A DNA stretch of 64,000 nt from Deltaproteobacteria bacterium (GTDB lineage: Bacteria; Desulfobacterota; Syntrophia; Syntrophales; UBA2210). The notes below the pieces were generated by a model, which was given only the letters and a program-made list of their open reading frames with translations, was not told the origin of the DNA and made no database searches. The stretch lies in assembly GCA_019313905.1 (NCBI GenBank), contig JAFDAI010000001.1, positions 20,275 through 84,274 of the forward strand, written 5' to 3'. Position 1 is the first letter of the stretch. Every line of letters begins with the position of its first letter. Below are positions 36,078-46,922 of this stretch, piece after piece. The position numbers were made by a program, and so were the translations under genes.

Positions 36078-36517
36078 TAAACAACCTCTATCGTACCGCC
36101 TGAAGCCTCTATCTTTTCCCTGGCACCGCAACTTATACTATTGACTCTCAATGTTAATGGGTAGTCTATACTTCCATTGCCAAGCACTTTGATTCCATCA
36201 CCACTGTCTTTAACAATGCCGCTCGTTACCAGGGCATCCGCGTCGACGACCGAATCCTTCGGGAATGCGTTTAACTGGCCGATATTAACAATAACAATAT
36301 CTTTCCGGAACCTGTTGTAAAACCCTCTTTTCGGCAACCTTCTCGTAAGGGGCATCTGTCCACCTTCGAATCCGGGCCTGACACCTCCACCCGAACGAGA
36401 GTTCTGCCCCTTATGGCCCCTGCAGGATGTTCCTCCATGGCCTGAACCATCGCCACGTCCCACCCTTTTTTTCGTCTTAGTGGACCCTTCTGCAGGCCTC
36501 AATTCGTTCAGCTTCAT
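36077..36517 (-). CDS. rplO: 50S ribosomal protein L15
   Basis: [22 protein letters not shown]. Confidence 0.95.
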   Translation of the reverse strand: MKLNELRPAEGSTKTKKRVGRGDGSGHGGTSCRGHKGQNSRSGGGVRPGFEGGQMPLTRRLPKRGFYNRFRKDIVIVNIGQLNAFPKDSVVDADALVTSGIVKDSGDGIKVLGNGSIDYPLTLRVNSISCGAREKIEASGGTIEVV

Positions 36518-36705
36518 ATATCCATCTCACATTCTTCCGCAGAAACCAGGTGTGAAATCTTGTTGATCATGCCTCTAATTTCCGGAGTGTCCTTCAGATA
36601 AACTGTTTTATTCAACTTCTCAAGTCCCATCCCACGGAGTACTTTTCTCTGTTTCTCAGGTCTTCCTATAAGACTCTTGACAAGTTTGATCTTAAGTTGT
36701 TTCAA
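36514..36705 (-). CDS. rpmD: 50S ribosomal protein L30
   Basis: [25 protein letters not shown]. Overlaps rplO by 4 nt. Confidence 0.93.
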   Translation of the reverse strand: MKQLKIKLVKSLIGRPEKQRKVLRGMGLEKLNKTVYLKDTPEIRGMINKISHLVSAEECEMDI

Positions 36706-36731
36706 AACCCATACCTCAACATAACATCTTT

Positions 36732-37232
36732 TTAGATTTCAGCGATATCTTTTCCCCGCAGCGCGGCTATCTCTGCAGGATTTCTCAAGTTCCTAAGCCC
36801 CTTCATCGTTGCCTTAACAAGATTATGGGGATTGTGCGAACCTAAACATTTGGTTAATATATTCTGAACCCCTGCTACCTCAAGGATAGCCCTGACAGCA
36901 CCCCCGGCTATAAGACCCGTACCTTTGGAAGCAGGCTTCAAAAGAACTCTCCCTGCTCCGTAATGCCCTATTACCTCATGGGGTATGGTTCCATCCGCAA
37001 TGGATACTTTAACAATGCTCCTTTTGGCCATCTCCATACCCTTCCTGATAGCCTCAGGAACCTCATGGGCCTTTCCCAGCCCTACGCCTACAGAACCATT
37101 CCCGTCACCGACCGCCACCACGGCACTGAATCTAAATCTTCTGCCGCCCTTTACCACTTTGGCAGTCCTTTTGATCTTTATAACCTTGTCAAGCAGTTCG
37201 CTTTCTTCCATATCTTCCTTATCCAGATCCAA
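36732..37232 (-). CDS. rpsE: 30S ribosomal protein S5
   Basis: [34 protein letters not shown]. Confidence 0.96.
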   Translation of the reverse strand: MDLDKEDMEESELLDKVIKIKRTAKVVKGGRRFRFSAVVAVGDGNGSVGVGLGKAHEVPEAIRKGMEMAKRSIVKVSIADGTIPHEVIGHYGAGRVLLKPASKGTGLIAGGAVRAILEVAGVQNILTKCLGSHNPHNLVKATMKGLRNLRNPAEIAALRGKDIAEI

Positions 37233-37236
37233 AGAT

Positions 37237-37605
37237 TTATAATTTTACGCCCATTTCCCTTACACCTTCAGCAAGGGACTTCACCCTTCCATGATAAAGG
37301 AATCTGCCCCTGTCAAAGACGGCCTCTTTTATGTTTTTTGATAACAAGTCCTTCGCCAACAATTTTCCGACTTCCCTGGCCGTTTCAGTTTTTTTGAGAC
37401 CTTCCGGATTCCCTTTAAGCTCTTTATTCAACGCCGATGCCTGAGCCAGCGTTTCCCCTGTATCATCGGCGATCGCCTGAACATATATATATCTGGAACT
37501 ACGAAAGACCGAAAGACGCGGCCGCACCTGTGTGCCATATATCTTGATCCTAACTCTTCTTGCGCGCCTCTCCCTTATCTTTTCCAATTTCTTTATCGAT
37601 GCCAC
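37237..37605 (-). CDS. rplR: 50S ribosomal protein L18
   Basis: [37 protein letters not shown] lies 5 nt before GTG 37605; the listed ORF extends to 37641. Confidence 0.92.
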   Translation of the reverse strand: MASIKKLEKIRERRARRVRIKIYGTQVRPRLSVFRSSRYIYVQAIADDTGETLAQASALNKELKGNPEGLKKTETAREVGKLLAKDLLSKNIKEAVFDRGRFLYHGRVKSLAEGVREMGVKL

Positions 37606-37657
37606 AGCAACTCCCCTACAATAGTTTTGAACGCCTCGCAAAAACTCAAGGCCCGAT

Positions 37658-38197
37658 TTATGTCCCGGCAGACTTCCCTACTTTCTTTCTAACATATTCG
37701 CCTGCGTATCTGATCCCCTTGCCCTTATAAGGCTCGGGCTTCTTTAGATCTCTTATCTCTGATGCAACCCTGCCGACAAGCTCCTTATCTATACCGGAAA
37801 CCACAACGTTAACCTGCTTGTCAACTTTCACCGTTATTCCTTCCAGTATCTTATATTTCACTGGATCAGAGTAACCGATGAGCAAAACAAGCGTATCGCC
37901 TTTTACCTCTCCACGGTATCCGACGCCGACTATCTCCAGAGACTTCTCAAATCCCTTGTTCACACCCGTTACCATATTGGCAACCAGTGTTCTTACAAGA
38001 CCATGCAGCGATTTTCCCTTTCTATCATCAGACCCTGTACTTACAAGGATCACATTCCCCTCTAAAATGACTTCAACTCCCTCAGGGATTCTTCTGGAAA
38101 GGGTCCCTTTGGGGCCCTCTACTATTACCAGAGAACCGTCCCTTCTGACTTTTACACCATCAGGAATCTCTATCGGTTTCTTGCCAATTCTCGACAT
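37658..38197 (-). CDS. rplF: 50S ribosomal protein L6
   Basis: MSRIGKKPIEIPDGVKV. Confidence 0.96.
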   Translation of the reverse strand: MSRIGKKPIEIPDGVKVRRDGSLVIVEGPKGTLSRRIPEGVEVILEGNVILVSTGSDDRKGKSLHGLVRTLVANMVTGVNKGFEKSLEIVGVGYRGEVKGDTLVLLIGYSDPVKYKILEGITVKVDKQVNVVVSGIDKELVGRVASEIRDLKKPEPYKGKGIRYAGEYVRKKVGKSAGT

Positions 38198-38235
38198 GAA
38201 TAAATCTCCCGCCTCATCTTATCAGCCAACTCTTT

Positions 38236-38640
38236 TCACCACACATTGCAGAGGATTTCACCGCCCACGTTCAGCGTCTGCGCCTGTTTATCAGTCATGA
38301 TTCCCTTGGAGGTCGAAAGGATAGCCACCCCATATCCGTTCAAAACCCTGGGAATATCCTGGCTGCCGGAATATACTCTCCTGCCTGGCTTGCTCACCCT
38401 CTTTATACCCGTTATCACGTTATCCTTTGCGCCTGAATATCTTAAATGTATCCGCAACATACCATATGGCTTCTTGTCACCTTTTCTGACATCAAATCCG
38501 TTTATATATCCCGCGTCTTTTAACACCTTCGCAAGGCTCAAATTCACTCTCGACAGCAACACGTCCACATTCTTAAATTTCATGCGATTCGCGTTTCTGA
38601 TTCTTGTCAGCATATCGGCAACGGGATCGGTCATCCCCAT
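38236..38640 (-). CDS. rpsH: 30S ribosomal protein S8
   Basis: TDPVADMLTRIRNA. AAGGAG lies upstream. Confidence 0.96.
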   Translation of the reverse strand: MGMTDPVADMLTRIRNANRMKFKNVDVLLSRVNLSLAKVLKDAGYINGFDVRKGDKKPYGMLRIHLRYSGAKDNVITGIKRVSKPGRRVYSGSQDIPRVLNGYGVAILSTSKGIMTDKQAQTLNVGGEILCNVW

Positions 38641-38652
38641 TTTGCTTCTCCT

Positions 38653-38838
38653 TTACCAGCTTGATTTTATAACACCCGGGATCTCTCCATTGAGTGAACG
38701 TTTTCTCAGACATATCCTGCACATATCAAATTTCCTGTAATAAGCGCGAGGTCTTCCGCATAACGGACACCGATTATACTCCATGACGGGAAATTTCTTT
38801 TTCGCCTTGGCTTTTGCTATCAAGGATTTTTTTGCCAC
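38653..38838 (-). CDS. rpsN: 30S ribosomal protein S14, type Z (zinc-binding, 61 aa)
   Basis: (GTG)[15 protein letters not shown]...[29 protein letters not shown] lies 6 nt before GTG 38838; the listed ATG 38844 has no spacer. Confidence 0.92.
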   Translation of the reverse strand: MAKKSLIAKAKAKKKFPVMEYNRCPLCGRPRAYYRKFDMCRICLRKRSLNGEIPGVIKSSW

Positions 38839-38850
38839 ACCCATTCTCCC

Positions 38851-39390
38851 CTAATTACGAAATGGAACTCCCATTAACTTCAAAAGTTGCCTTGCCTCGT
38901 CGTCTGTTTCAGCCGTCGTGACAATAGTTATATTCAACCCTTTAACCTTTTCGATCTTGTCATAATCGATCTCGGGGAAGATATAATGTTCGTTAATCCC
39001 CATGGAAAAATTCCCCCTGCCATCGAATGATCTAGGAGAAACCCCCCTGAAGTCTCTGACCCTGGGGATGGCAACACTGACAAGCCTGTCAAAAAACTCG
39101 TACATTTTCTCCTGTCTCAAGGTCACCATACATCCTATTGACATACCTTTACGCAGTTTAAAAGTGGCAATCGATTTGCGCGCTTTGGTAACAACAGGCA
39201 TCTGACCCGCAATCATGGCAAGTTCGGAGACGGCATTATCAAGTATCTTGATATTCTGTATCGCCTCACCCAGGCCCATATTAACCACAATCTTTTCAAG
39301 CCTGGGAACCTGCATAGGGTTTTTATATCCAAGCTCCTTGATCAATGCGGGCATTACTTCTTCTTTATAATATTTCTTTAATCTGGCCAT
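38851..39390 (-). CDS. rplE: 50S ribosomal protein L5
   Basis: [43 protein letters not shown]. Confidence 0.96.
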   Translation of the reverse strand: MARLKKYYKEEVMPALIKELGYKNPMQVPRLEKIVVNMGLGEAIQNIKILDNAVSELAMIAGQMPVVTKARKSIATFKLRKGMSIGCMVTLRQEKMYEFFDRLVSVAIPRVRDFRGVSPRSFDGRGNFSMGINEHYIFPEIDYDKIEKVKGLNITIVTTAETDDEARQLLKLMGVPFRN

Positions 39391-39423
39391 TTGTCATCCA
39401 CGCTCGTTAATCCTACACCATTT

Positions 39424-39627
39424 TCAATTATTACTTTCAAATATCAGATTATCTATTTCACGGAACAGTGCTGCCGCTTCTTTCCATTCGGCACTCCCTC
39501 TCGAGTTGTCCACATGACTTCCGCTTTCGCACCCCTTTGCATCTCTTTCAAGGATCCGTTCTACCATTTTTTGGCGTTCGGCAAAAAGTGCTTTCTTGTC
39601 TATAGTTTCTTTTGCTTTCTCATCCAT
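39424..39627 (-). CDS. Hypothetical 67-aa charged protein encoded between rplX and rplE
   Basis: ATG 39627 is preceded by AAAGGGGA with a 6-nt spacer. Same strand as the spc operon, Lys/Glu-rich. I recognise no family. Confidence 0.45.
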   Translation of the reverse strand: MDEKAKETIDKKALFAERQKMVERILERDAKGCESGSHVDNSRGSAEWKEAAALFREIDNLIFESNN

Positions 39628-39727
39628 TTTCCGTCCCCTTTCTCTGCCTTTCTGAAATTCAGTCCCACCTTTTCTTGATCCTTCGCTCTTTTAATTCCGA
39701 TTACTTAGGCTCCTAATCTCTACCTCT

Positions 39728-40039
39728 CTATTCATCCAACAACTCTTGGCATTTTTTACAGATACGCACCTTCTTGCCATCCTCCAGCACCTTGTGCCCT
39801 ATCCTTATACCGGTATCACATTTGTTACACACAAGCATGACATTGGACACATGGAGCGGGGCTTCTTTTTCCAATATTCCACCCTTGCCGGTTGCATCGG
39901 GTTTCTGGTGTTTTTTTATCAGGTTCACCTTTTCGATTACAATACGGTTTTTGTCTCTGATCACAGTGAGCACTTTGCCGGTTTTCCCCTTCTCTCTGCC
40001 GGCTATTATCTTTACTGTATCATCTTTCTTTATATGCAT
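39728..40039 (-). CDS. rplX: 50S ribosomal protein L24 (with C-terminal CxxC...CxxC)
   Basis: MHIKKDDTVKIIAGREKGKTGKV (KOW motif). The C-terminus is CNKC-x19-CKKC. The listed ORF extends to ATG 40060; 40048 is another possible start. Confidence 0.93.
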   Translation of the reverse strand: MHIKKDDTVKIIAGREKGKTGKVLTVIRDKNRIVIEKVNLIKKHQKPDATGKGGILEKEAPLHVSNVMLVCNKCDTGIRIGHKVLEDGKKVRICKKCQELLDE

Positions 40040-40170
40040 TCGCTGCATCTCCAATACCATGAAACCCTTGCAAAAGGTCTCCCTTTGAGGGAATATTCCC
40101 TAAAGTTCTCTTGAATTTTATTCAAAAATTAAACAGGTTGCGAAGTCCATCTGCGGTGGATTCCAATCTC

Positions 40171-40539
40171 TTATATCACTTCCGGGGCAAGAGAGACTAT
40201 TTTCATAAACTGTTTTGCCCGAAGTTCCCTGGCAACCGGTCCGAATATTCTTGTGCCGAGAGGTTCAAACTGATCATTTATCAGGACAGCAGAATTCTCG
40301 TCAAACTTGAGATACGAACCATCGCTCCGGCCGATTTCCTTTCTCGTTCTCACGACAACAGCCTTCAGCACGTCTCCCTTCTTCACCTTCGAGTTGGGAA
40401 TCGCCTCCTTTACCGAAACCACGATAACATCTCCAACGCGCGCGTATCTCCTTTTCGAACCACCAAGAACTTTTATACAATAAACCTTTTTAGCTCCAGA
40501 ATTGTCCGCTACCCTTAAAAAGGTTTGCATCTGTATCAT
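40171..40539 (-). CDS. rplN: 50S ribosomal protein L14
   Basis: [28 protein letters not shown]. Confidence 0.96.
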   Translation of the reverse strand: MIQMQTFLRVADNSGAKKVYCIKVLGGSKRRYARVGDVIVVSVKEAIPNSKVKKGDVLKAVVVRTRKEIGRSDGSYLKFDENSAVLINDQFEPLGTRIFGPVARELRAKQFMKIVSLAPEVI

Positions 40540-40566
40540 AACAAAAACCCCGCCGCTATATTCCTG

Positions 40567-40824
40567 TTATTTCGCCTTTTCCAATATCTCACACACCCTC
40601 CACCGCTTTTCTTTGCTGAAAGGGCGTGACTCGACAATCAATACTTTATCGCCCATGCCACAGCTGTTTTCCCTGTCATGGGCCTTGTATTTTACGTGTC
40701 TTTTTATATATTTGTGAAATCTGGGATGCTTAACCAGCCGTTCCGTCAGGACGACGACTGTCTTGTCCATTTTGTCACTTACTACCATCCCCTGTATGCT
40801 TCTCTTGTTGCCACTGTTGTTCAT
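40567..40824 (-). CDS. rpsQ: 30S ribosomal protein S17
   Basis: [39 protein letters not shown]. Confidence 0.95.
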   Translation of the reverse strand: MNNSGNKRSIQGMVVSDKMDKTVVVLTERLVKHPRFHKYIKRHVKYKAHDRENSCGMGDKVLIVESRPFSKEKRWRVCEILEKAK

Positions 40825-40825
40825 A

Positions 40826-41020
40826 TTATCTCGGGTCTCCCCTTTCCCTGAGAACGGTTTTTACACGAGCCACATCCCTCTTCACACTCTTTATTACAGA
40901 GGGAGACTCCAGCTGTCCGGTTGCAAACCTGACGCGAAGCCTGAAGAGCTCTTCAATGAAACTCTTTTCCCTTTCTTTTAACTCATCAACGCTGAGGTCT
41001 CTAGCTTCTTTAATTTTCAT
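40826..41020 (-). CDS. rpmC: 50S ribosomal protein L29
   Basis: [29 protein letters not shown]. The listed ORF extends upstream into rplP. Confidence 0.92.
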   Translation of the reverse strand: MKIKEARDLSVDELKEREKSFIEELFRLRVRFATGQLESPSVIKSVKRDVARVKTVLRERGDPR

Positions 41021-41432
41021 CAAATATCTCCCTGGAAAGAAATCTGGTCGCAACAGGAAGTTTGTGCGATGCCAACCTCAATGCCTCGCGGGCAACATCT
41101 TGCGGAATTCCCTCCATTTCATAGAGAACCATGCCCTTTTTGACTATGGCAACCCACTCTTCAGGAGATCCTTTCCCCTTTCCCATGCGAGTTTCTGCCG
41201 GTTTTTTTGTTACCGACTTATGGGGAAAGATACGTATCCATATCTTACCGCCACGCCTGACATGACGGGTTATCGCAATACGAGCCGATTCGATCTGCCG
41301 TGCCGTGACCCGGCCACTCTCCATTGCCTGGAGCCCATATTCACCGAAGTCCACTTTGGCGCCCTTGTGGGCCCGGCCTTTTACGCGGCCCTTCTGCAAC
41401 TTCCTGTATTTTACTCTTTTCGGTGCTAACAT
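41010..41432 (-). CDS. rplP: 50S ribosomal protein L16
   Basis: [21 protein letters not shown]. Confidence 0.96.
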   Translation of the reverse strand: MLAPKRVKYRKLQKGRVKGRAHKGAKVDFGEYGLQAMESGRVTARQIESARIAITRHVRRGGKIWIRIFPHKSVTKKPAETRMGKGKGSPEEWVAIVKKGMVLYEMEGIPQDVAREALRLASHKLPVATRFLSREIFDEN

Positions 41433-41439
41433 AATAATC

Positions 41440-42096
41440 CTATCCCTGGGGGCTCAGACTGCCTTTCTTGTCCGGTAAAACCTCGCCATTAAATATCAAG
41501 ACCTTGACGCCTATGATTCCATAGGTTGTACGGGCCTCGGCAAAACCATAATCGATATCCGCCCGCAATGTATGGAGTGGAACTCTGCCCTCTCTATACC
41601 ATTCTTTCCTGGCCATTTCCGCGCCGCCCAATCTCCCCGCGCAGGCCACTCTGATACCCTTGACACCAAACTTCATGGCCGTGGTAACACCCCTCTTCAT
41701 AGCCCGTCTGAAACTTACCCTTCTTACAAGTTGTAAGGCGATATTCTCGGCTACAAGCTGAGCATCTGTCTCCGGCTTGCGTACCTCCAGTATATTTATG
41801 ATGATATCCCCCGTCATGACTCCTTCGAGGTCTTTCTTTACCTTCTCTATTTCCGTCCCTTTTCTCCCGATGATGATGCCGGGACGCGCCGTATAGATGT
41901 TAATCTTGGCCTTGTCGGAAGCTCTTTCAATCTCTATCCTGGATATACCTGCATGGAAAAACTTGTCCTTTATATGTTTTCTGACCCGTATATCTTCATG
42001 GAGCAGCTCACTGTAGTTTCGCTGCGCGAACCACTTTGAGCTCCAGGTCTTATTAATACCCAGCCTGAACCCGATGGGATTTACTTTTTGTCCCAA
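41440..42096 (-). CDS. rpsC: 30S ribosomal protein S3
   Basis: [24 protein letters not shown]. Confidence 0.97.
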   Translation of the reverse strand: MGQKVNPIGFRLGINKTWSSKWFAQRNYSELLHEDIRVRKHIKDKFFHAGISRIEIERASDKAKINIYTARPGIIIGRKGTEIEKVKKDLEGVMTGDIIINILEVRKPETDAQLVAENIALQLVRRVSFRRAMKRGVTTAMKFGVKGIRVACAGRLGGAEMARKEWYREGRVPLHTLRADIDYGFAEARTTYGIIGVKVLIFNGEVLPDKKGSLSPQG

Positions 42097-42115
42097 ACCT
42101 TCACCTCCTTACAGA

Positions 42116-42448
42116 TTACCCTTCACCAAGCACGACCGTTATATGACTTGTTCTTTTCTTTATGGGGGTCGCTCTTCCCTGTGCCCTTGCTCTCCATCTC
42201 TTCAGCGTAGGGCCCTGATCCACAAATATCTCTCTTACGTAAAGTACATTCTCATCCATGTTGGGATTCTGTACCGCATTAGCCATCGCGGATTTCAAAA
42301 CCTTCTGGACAATGCGTGCGGCCTTTTTATGTGTAAATCCGAGCGTCGTATCCGCTTCCTCGGCCTTCTTCCCTCTTATCAGATCAACCACCAATCTTGC
42401 TTTCTGCGGTGATATCCGAACATATTTAGCAACTGCTTTAGTTTCCAT
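42116..42448 (-). CDS. rplV: 50S ribosomal protein L22
   Basis: [21 protein letters not shown]. Confidence 0.95.
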   Translation of the reverse strand: METKAVAKYVRISPQKARLVVDLIRGKKAEEADTTLGFTHKKAARIVQKVLKSAMANAVQNPNMDENVLYVREIFVDQGPTLKRWRARAQGRATPIKKRTSHITVVLGEG

Positions 42449-42478
42449 CTATCGCAAAACTCCACATACTGATCCTGT

Positions 42479-42763
42479 CTATCTTGTTTTCAGCCTTGTT
42501 TTTCTGTCTCCCGCATGACTGTAAAAGGTTCTCGTTGGCGCAAATTCACCCAGCTTATGCCCAACCATTTCTTCAGTCACATATACAGGGATGAACTTCT
42601 TCCCATTATGTATCGCAAATGTATGGCCTACAAGCTCGGGGGCAACCATGGAACGACGGGACCATGTTTTTATCACCGCCCTGCTCCCTGCAGCCTCCGC
42701 CGACCGCACCTTCTTAAGAAGCTTCTCGTTAATATAAGGACCTTTTTTTATTGAACGCGACAC
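42479..42763 (-). CDS. rpsS: 30S ribosomal protein S19
   Basis: [19 protein letters not shown]...[27 protein letters not shown]. Confidence 0.96.
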   Translation of the reverse strand: MSRSIKKGPYINEKLLKKVRSAEAAGSRAVIKTWSRRSMVAPELVGHTFAIHNGKKFIPVYVTEEMVGHKLGEFAPTRTFYSHAGDRKTRLKTR

Positions 42764-42766
42764 GCT

Positions 42767-43588
42767 CTACCCTCTTTTCTTCACGATATATTTATCAGAA
42801 TTCCTGTTCTTCCTCGTCTTGTAACCCTTGGTGGGAACTCCCCACGGTGTGCAGGGATGCCTGCCGCCGGACGACTTGCCCTCACCGCCGCCCATTGGAT
42901 GGTCAACAGGGTTCATAACCACTCCCCGAACCTTGGGCCTCTTACCCAGCCATCTTGTCCGGCCCGCCTTTCCGATGCTCAAGTTCTCGTGCTCAATGTT
43001 ACCGATTTGCCCTATTGTGGCCTTGCACCCCATCAGAATTTTTCGGACTTCCCCCGAAGGCAACCGAACCTGGGCATAAGAACCCTCTTTTGCCATAAGC
43101 TGGCCATAGGAGCCGGCACTACGAATCAACTGCCCGCCTTTACCCACTTTAAGCTCAAGATTATGGATCAGAGAACCCAGAGGTATATTTCTCAGAGGGA
43201 TAGTGTTGCCTGTCTTTATATCCTCTTTCTCGCCGCTGATAACAGTATCACCCACTTCAATACCCAGCGGAGCAAGTATATATCTTTTTTCCCCATCCAC
43301 GTAATGGAGAAGCGCTATCCTCGAGGATCGATTCGGGTCATACTCAATAGCCGCTACTTTGGCAGGAATATCCATTTTATCGCGCCTGAAGTCTATAACC
43401 CTGAACTTTCTCTTATGACCGCCGCCGATATGCCTGCTTGTCATCCGCCCCAGATTATTCCGCCCGCCGGTCTTCTTCAGCGGTCTTACAAGACTCTTTT
43501 CAGGCTCAGACTTTGTTATTTCCTCAAAGGTGAACCCGGTCTGAAATCTTCTGCCCGGCGATGTTGGTTTATATGTTTTCAGTGCCAT
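42767..43588 (-). CDS. rplB: 50S ribosomal protein L2
   Basis: [14 protein letters not shown]...GGGHKRKFR...[12 protein letters not shown]. Confidence 0.97.
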   Translation of the reverse strand: MALKTYKPTSPGRRFQTGFTFEEITKSEPEKSLVRPLKKTGGRNNLGRMTSRHIGGGHKRKFRVIDFRRDKMDIPAKVAAIEYDPNRSSRIALLHYVDGEKRYILAPLGIEVGDTVISGEKEDIKTGNTIPLRNIPLGSLIHNLELKVGKGGQLIRSAGSYGQLMAKEGSYAQVRLPSGEVRKILMGCKATIGQIGNIEHENLSIGKAGRTRWLGKRPKVRGVVMNPVDHPMGGGEGKSSGGRHPCTPWGVPTKGYKTRKNRNSDKYIVKKRG

Positions 43589-43611
43589 ATCTTTTTCAAA
43601 ACCCCTTTTTC

Positions 43612-43899
43612 CTATACTCCCTCATAAACCTCGATCGAACCGCCGGGAGCGAGGGTGATTACGGCCTTTTTCCAGTTACGCCTTCTGCCGGTAATTCTCC
43701 CCAGTCTTTTCTTTTTGCCGGTCATATTCATGGTGTGAACATTCACCACCTGAACCTTGAATATCTTTTCCACGGCATTACGTATTTCTATCTTGGTTGC
43801 TCTTCGATCCACCTCGAAAAGATGTTTATTCTCTTCATCCCTGGCAATGGTGCTTTTCTCTGTAACAAGCGGTTTTCTTATGACGGAATATATATCCAT
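43612..43899 (-). CDS. rplW: 50S ribosomal protein L23
   Basis: [14 protein letters not shown]. Position between rplD and rplB. Confidence 0.94.
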   Translation of the reverse strand: MDIYSVIRKPLVTEKSTIARDEENKHLFEVDRRATKIEIRNAVEKIFKVQVVNVHTMNMTGKKKRLGRITGRRRNWKKAVITLAPGGSIEVYEGV

Positions 43900-44531
43900 T
43901 ATGACAACAACGCCCCTTCTATCTTTTTCACAGAGGGTTCCAGGAGAACAAGATTGTCATACTTGAGCAGATCATACACATTGATGCCCTCTGATCGCAT
44001 CATCTTTATATCCTTGATATTTCTAGAAGATTTCTCCAGGATGGCATTCTTCTCATCCAGCACAAAAAGGGTCTTGTCAAGCTCAAGCCTGTCAAGAATC
44101 TCCTTGAATTTCTTCGTCTTTATTTCATCCATGGGGAAGTCCCTGAGAATTATCACCTTGTCCTCTTTAACCTTCATACTCAGAGCGGATCTCAACGCGG
44201 CTCTTCTTACCTTTTTCGGAACCTTGTAAGAATAATCTCTGGGCTTGGGACCAAATACAATCCCGCCACCTCTCCACAGGGGAGATCGGTTCGTGCCGGC
44301 CCTTGCTCTTCCTGTCCCCTTCTGGCGCCACGGTTTCCTGCCGCCACCGCGCACATCACTTCTGCCCTTTGTGGAAGCACTGCCCTGTCTTCTGCACGCA
44401 AGCTGCATCTTGACAACTTCATAAAGTATATGCTCATTAACTTCGGCGCCAAAGACACGATCACTGAGTTCCAGCTCGGCTATTTTAGTTTTCTCTATAT
44501 CATATACATTCAAAACCGGCATTTTTACCAC
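43899..44531 (-). CDS. rplD: 50S ribosomal protein L4
   Basis: KGRSDVRGGGRKPWRQKGTGRARAG. Confidence 0.95.
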   Translation of the reverse strand: MVKMPVLNVYDIEKTKIAELELSDRVFGAEVNEHILYEVVKMQLACRRQGSASTKGRSDVRGGGRKPWRQKGTGRARAGTNRSPLWRGGGIVFGPKPRDYSYKVPKKVRRAALRSALSMKVKEDKVIILRDFPMDEIKTKKFKEILDRLELDKTLFVLDEKNAILEKSSRNIKDIKMMRSEGINVYDLLKYDNLVLLEPSVKKIEGALLS

Positions 44532-44540
44532 TCAATATCC

Positions 44541-45170
44541 TTATATTTTAATAGCGTCCTTAATCAGAACGATACCGTTCTTGCTGCTGGCAACGGACCC
44601 TTTCACCAGAATAAGGTTTTCCTCCGGCTTTATACCCACCACCATCAGGTTCTGCACGGTCTGCCTGCGATTGCCCATATGTCCGGGCATTCTTTTTCCC
44701 TTGAAAACCCGGGACGGCCATGCGCTGGCCCCTATGGATCCGGGCGCCCTGTGAAACATTGAACCATGGGAAGCCTTTCCACCACGAAATCCGTATCTCT
44801 TCACTACACCGGCGAAACCCTTTCCTCTGGTCGTTCCAACTACATCTATATAGTCACCTACTTTAAAAATATCTGCTTTCAGCTCCGAGCCCACCTCATA
44901 ATCATTGGAGGATTCCAGCTTGAACTCCCTGAGAACCCTGAAATATCCCTTATCAGCTTTTTTGAAATGCCCCTTGAGGGGTTTATTGACCCTCTTTTCC
45001 TTTGCCCGGTCAAACCCGAGTTGCAGGGCATCATACCCGTCTACTTCACCGGTCTTCTTCTGTACGACAACACAGGGTCCAGCCTCAATAGCAGTCACAG
45101 GAATAACAGAACCGTCATCCCAGAATATCTGTGTCATACCCAATTTTTTGCCTATCAGTCCCTTTTTCAT
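44541..45170 (-). CDS. rplC: 50S ribosomal protein L3
   Basis: [16 protein letters not shown]...[17 protein letters not shown]. Confidence 0.96.
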   Translation of the reverse strand: MKKGLIGKKLGMTQIFWDDGSVIPVTAIEAGPCVVVQKKTGEVDGYDALQLGFDRAKEKRVNKPLKGHFKKADKGYFRVLREFKLESSNDYEVGSELKADIFKVGDYIDVVGTTRGKGFAGVVKRYGFRGGKASHGSMFHRAPGSIGASAWPSRVFKGKRMPGHMGNRRQTVQNLMVVGIKPEENLILVKGSVASSKNGIVLIKDAIKI

Positions 45171-45257
45171 GACATCTACGACTTCCCATATACTTTTTCG
45201 GCAAAAAATGAGGAGATGAAGTCTAAAAGATCATCTCCTCACTATCATCCGCTAAGC

Positions 45258-45566
45258 CTATAACTTTATTTCCACATCAACACCGGCTGAAAGGTCAAGT
45301 TTCATTAGCGTGTCAACCGTCGCCTGCGTCGGCTCAATAATATCTATAAGTCTCTTATGCGTCCTGATTTCAAATTGCTCTCTGGACTTCTTATCAACAT
45401 TGGGTGACCTGTTTACACAATACTTATTTATCACAGTTGGAAGAGGAATTGGACCCGCAACACGCGCGCCCGTTCTCTTCGCAGTCTCCACAATGTCCTG
45501 CGCCGACCTGTCAAGCAACTTATAATCATAAGCCTTGAGACGAATTCGTATCTTTTGATTTTCCAT
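45258..45566 (-). CDS. rpsJ: 30S ribosomal protein S10
   Basis: [16 protein letters not shown]...GPIPLPT. Confidence 0.96.
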   Translation of the reverse strand: MENQKIRIRLKAYDYKLLDRSAQDIVETAKRTGARVAGPIPLPTVINKYCVNRSPNVDKKSREQFEIRTHKRLIDIIEPTQATVDTLMKLDLSAGVDVEIKL

Positions 45567-45590
45567 CTAATCCTTTACCAGATCCGTTCT

Positions 45591-46784
45591 CTATTCTATA
45601 ATCTCGCTGACGACACCGGCTCCAACAGTCCTGCCACCCTCACGGATAGCGAATCTCAACTGATCCTCCATGGCGATGGGGGTTATCAGCTCAGCCACTA
45701 TTTCCACATTATCACCGGGCATTACCATTTCAACCCCTTCCGGAAGAGTGGCAACTCCCGTCACATCCGTTGTCCTGAAATAGAACTGCGGACGATAACC
45801 GTTGAAGAAGGGTGTATGTCTTCCGCCCTCCTCTTTCGTAAGGACATAGACCTGCGCCTTGAATTTGGTATGAGGGGTAATTGAACCGGGCTTTGCGACA
45901 ACCTGTCCTCTTTCAACATCTTCCCGTTTTATGCCTCTCAAAAGGAGACCAACATCGTCACCGGCTCTCCCCTCATCGAGGGTCTTGCGGAACATCTCCA
46001 CACCGGTACATACTGTTTTAGAGGTGGGCCTGATTCCCACTATTTCAACTTCCTCACCTGTCTTGACAACTCCCCTGTCAACCCGGCCGGTAACAACTGT
46101 TCCACGCCCGGAAATGGTAAATACATCGCCGACAGGCATAAGAAAGGGTCTATCAAGATCTCTAACAGGTTCCGGGATATAAGTATCAACGGCATCCAGC
46201 AGTTCCCAAATGCTTTTAGCATCTTCGGAATTCGGATCATCGCTCTCCAAGGCCTTCAAGGCCGATCCCCTTATAATCGGAATATCATCACCCGGGAAAT
46301 TATAATCCGTCAGGAGTTCTCTCAACTCAAGCTCAACAAGGTCGAGAAGTTCCGGATCATCTACCAGATCAACCTTATTCATGTAAACAATAACATATGG
46401 TACCTGAACCTGCCTGGCCAGGAGTATGTGTTCTCTCGTCTGTGGCATAGGACCATCTGAGGCCGCCACTACCAGTATGGTGCCATCCATATGAGCGGCA
46501 CCCGATATCATATTCTTTATGTAGTCAGCGTGTCCCGGACAATCGACATGGGCATAATGTCTCTTTTCGGTCTCATACTCAACATGCGCGATATTTATGG
46601 TAACACCCCTTTCCTTCTCCTCAGGGGCATTGTCAATTGAATCAAAGGGCATATATTCGGCAAAGCCCTTAGTGGCCAAGTGTTTTGTTATAGCCGCGGT
46701 CAATGTAGTTTTGCCGTGATCCACATGTCCAATGGTTCCGATATTCAGATGCGGTTTAGTCCTTTCAAATTTTTTCTTTGCCAT
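45591..46784 (-). CDS. tuf: Elongation factor Tu
   Basis: [39 protein letters not shown] lies 8 nt before ATG 46784. Confidence 0.98.
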   Translation of the reverse strand: MAKKKFERTKPHLNIGTIGHVDHGKTTLTAAITKHLATKGFAEYMPFDSIDNAPEEKERGVTINIAHVEYETEKRHYAHVDCPGHADYIKNMISGAAHMDGTILVVAASDGPMPQTREHILLARQVQVPYVIVYMNKVDLVDDPELLDLVELELRELLTDYNFPGDDIPIIRGSALKALESDDPNSEDAKSIWELLDAVDTYIPEPVRDLDRPFLMPVGDVFTISGRGTVVTGRVDRGVVKTGEEVEIVGIRPTSKTVCTGVEMFRKTLDEGRAGDDVGLLLRGIKREDVERGQVVAKPGSITPHTKFKAQVYVLTKEEGGRHTPFFNGYRPQFYFRTTDVTGVATLPEGVEMVMPGDNVEIVAELITPIAMEDQLRFAIREGGRTVGAGVVSEIIE

Positions 46785-46922
46785 AACCATTACCTCCTTT
46801 AATTAAAAATGGTTAATTGATTCCCCTGTTTTAATAACTTTCCTGTCTACTCCCTAATATATCTCGTTTCAACTCACCCGCAACATCAGAACTACACGGA
46901 ATCCCGACCCGAAGATTGAATC

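Noticed and set aside
39391-39678. 95-aa plus-strand ORF in the rplX-rplE spacer
   Set aside because: It starts with TTG, has no SD and is extremely Phe/Ser/Pro-rich. It runs opposite to the entire operon. The minus-strand 67-codon ORF is the better candidate.
42857-44229. Plus-strand ORFs 42857..43627 (256 aa) and 43561..44229 (222 aa)
   Set aside because: They are antisense to rplB, rplW and rplD.
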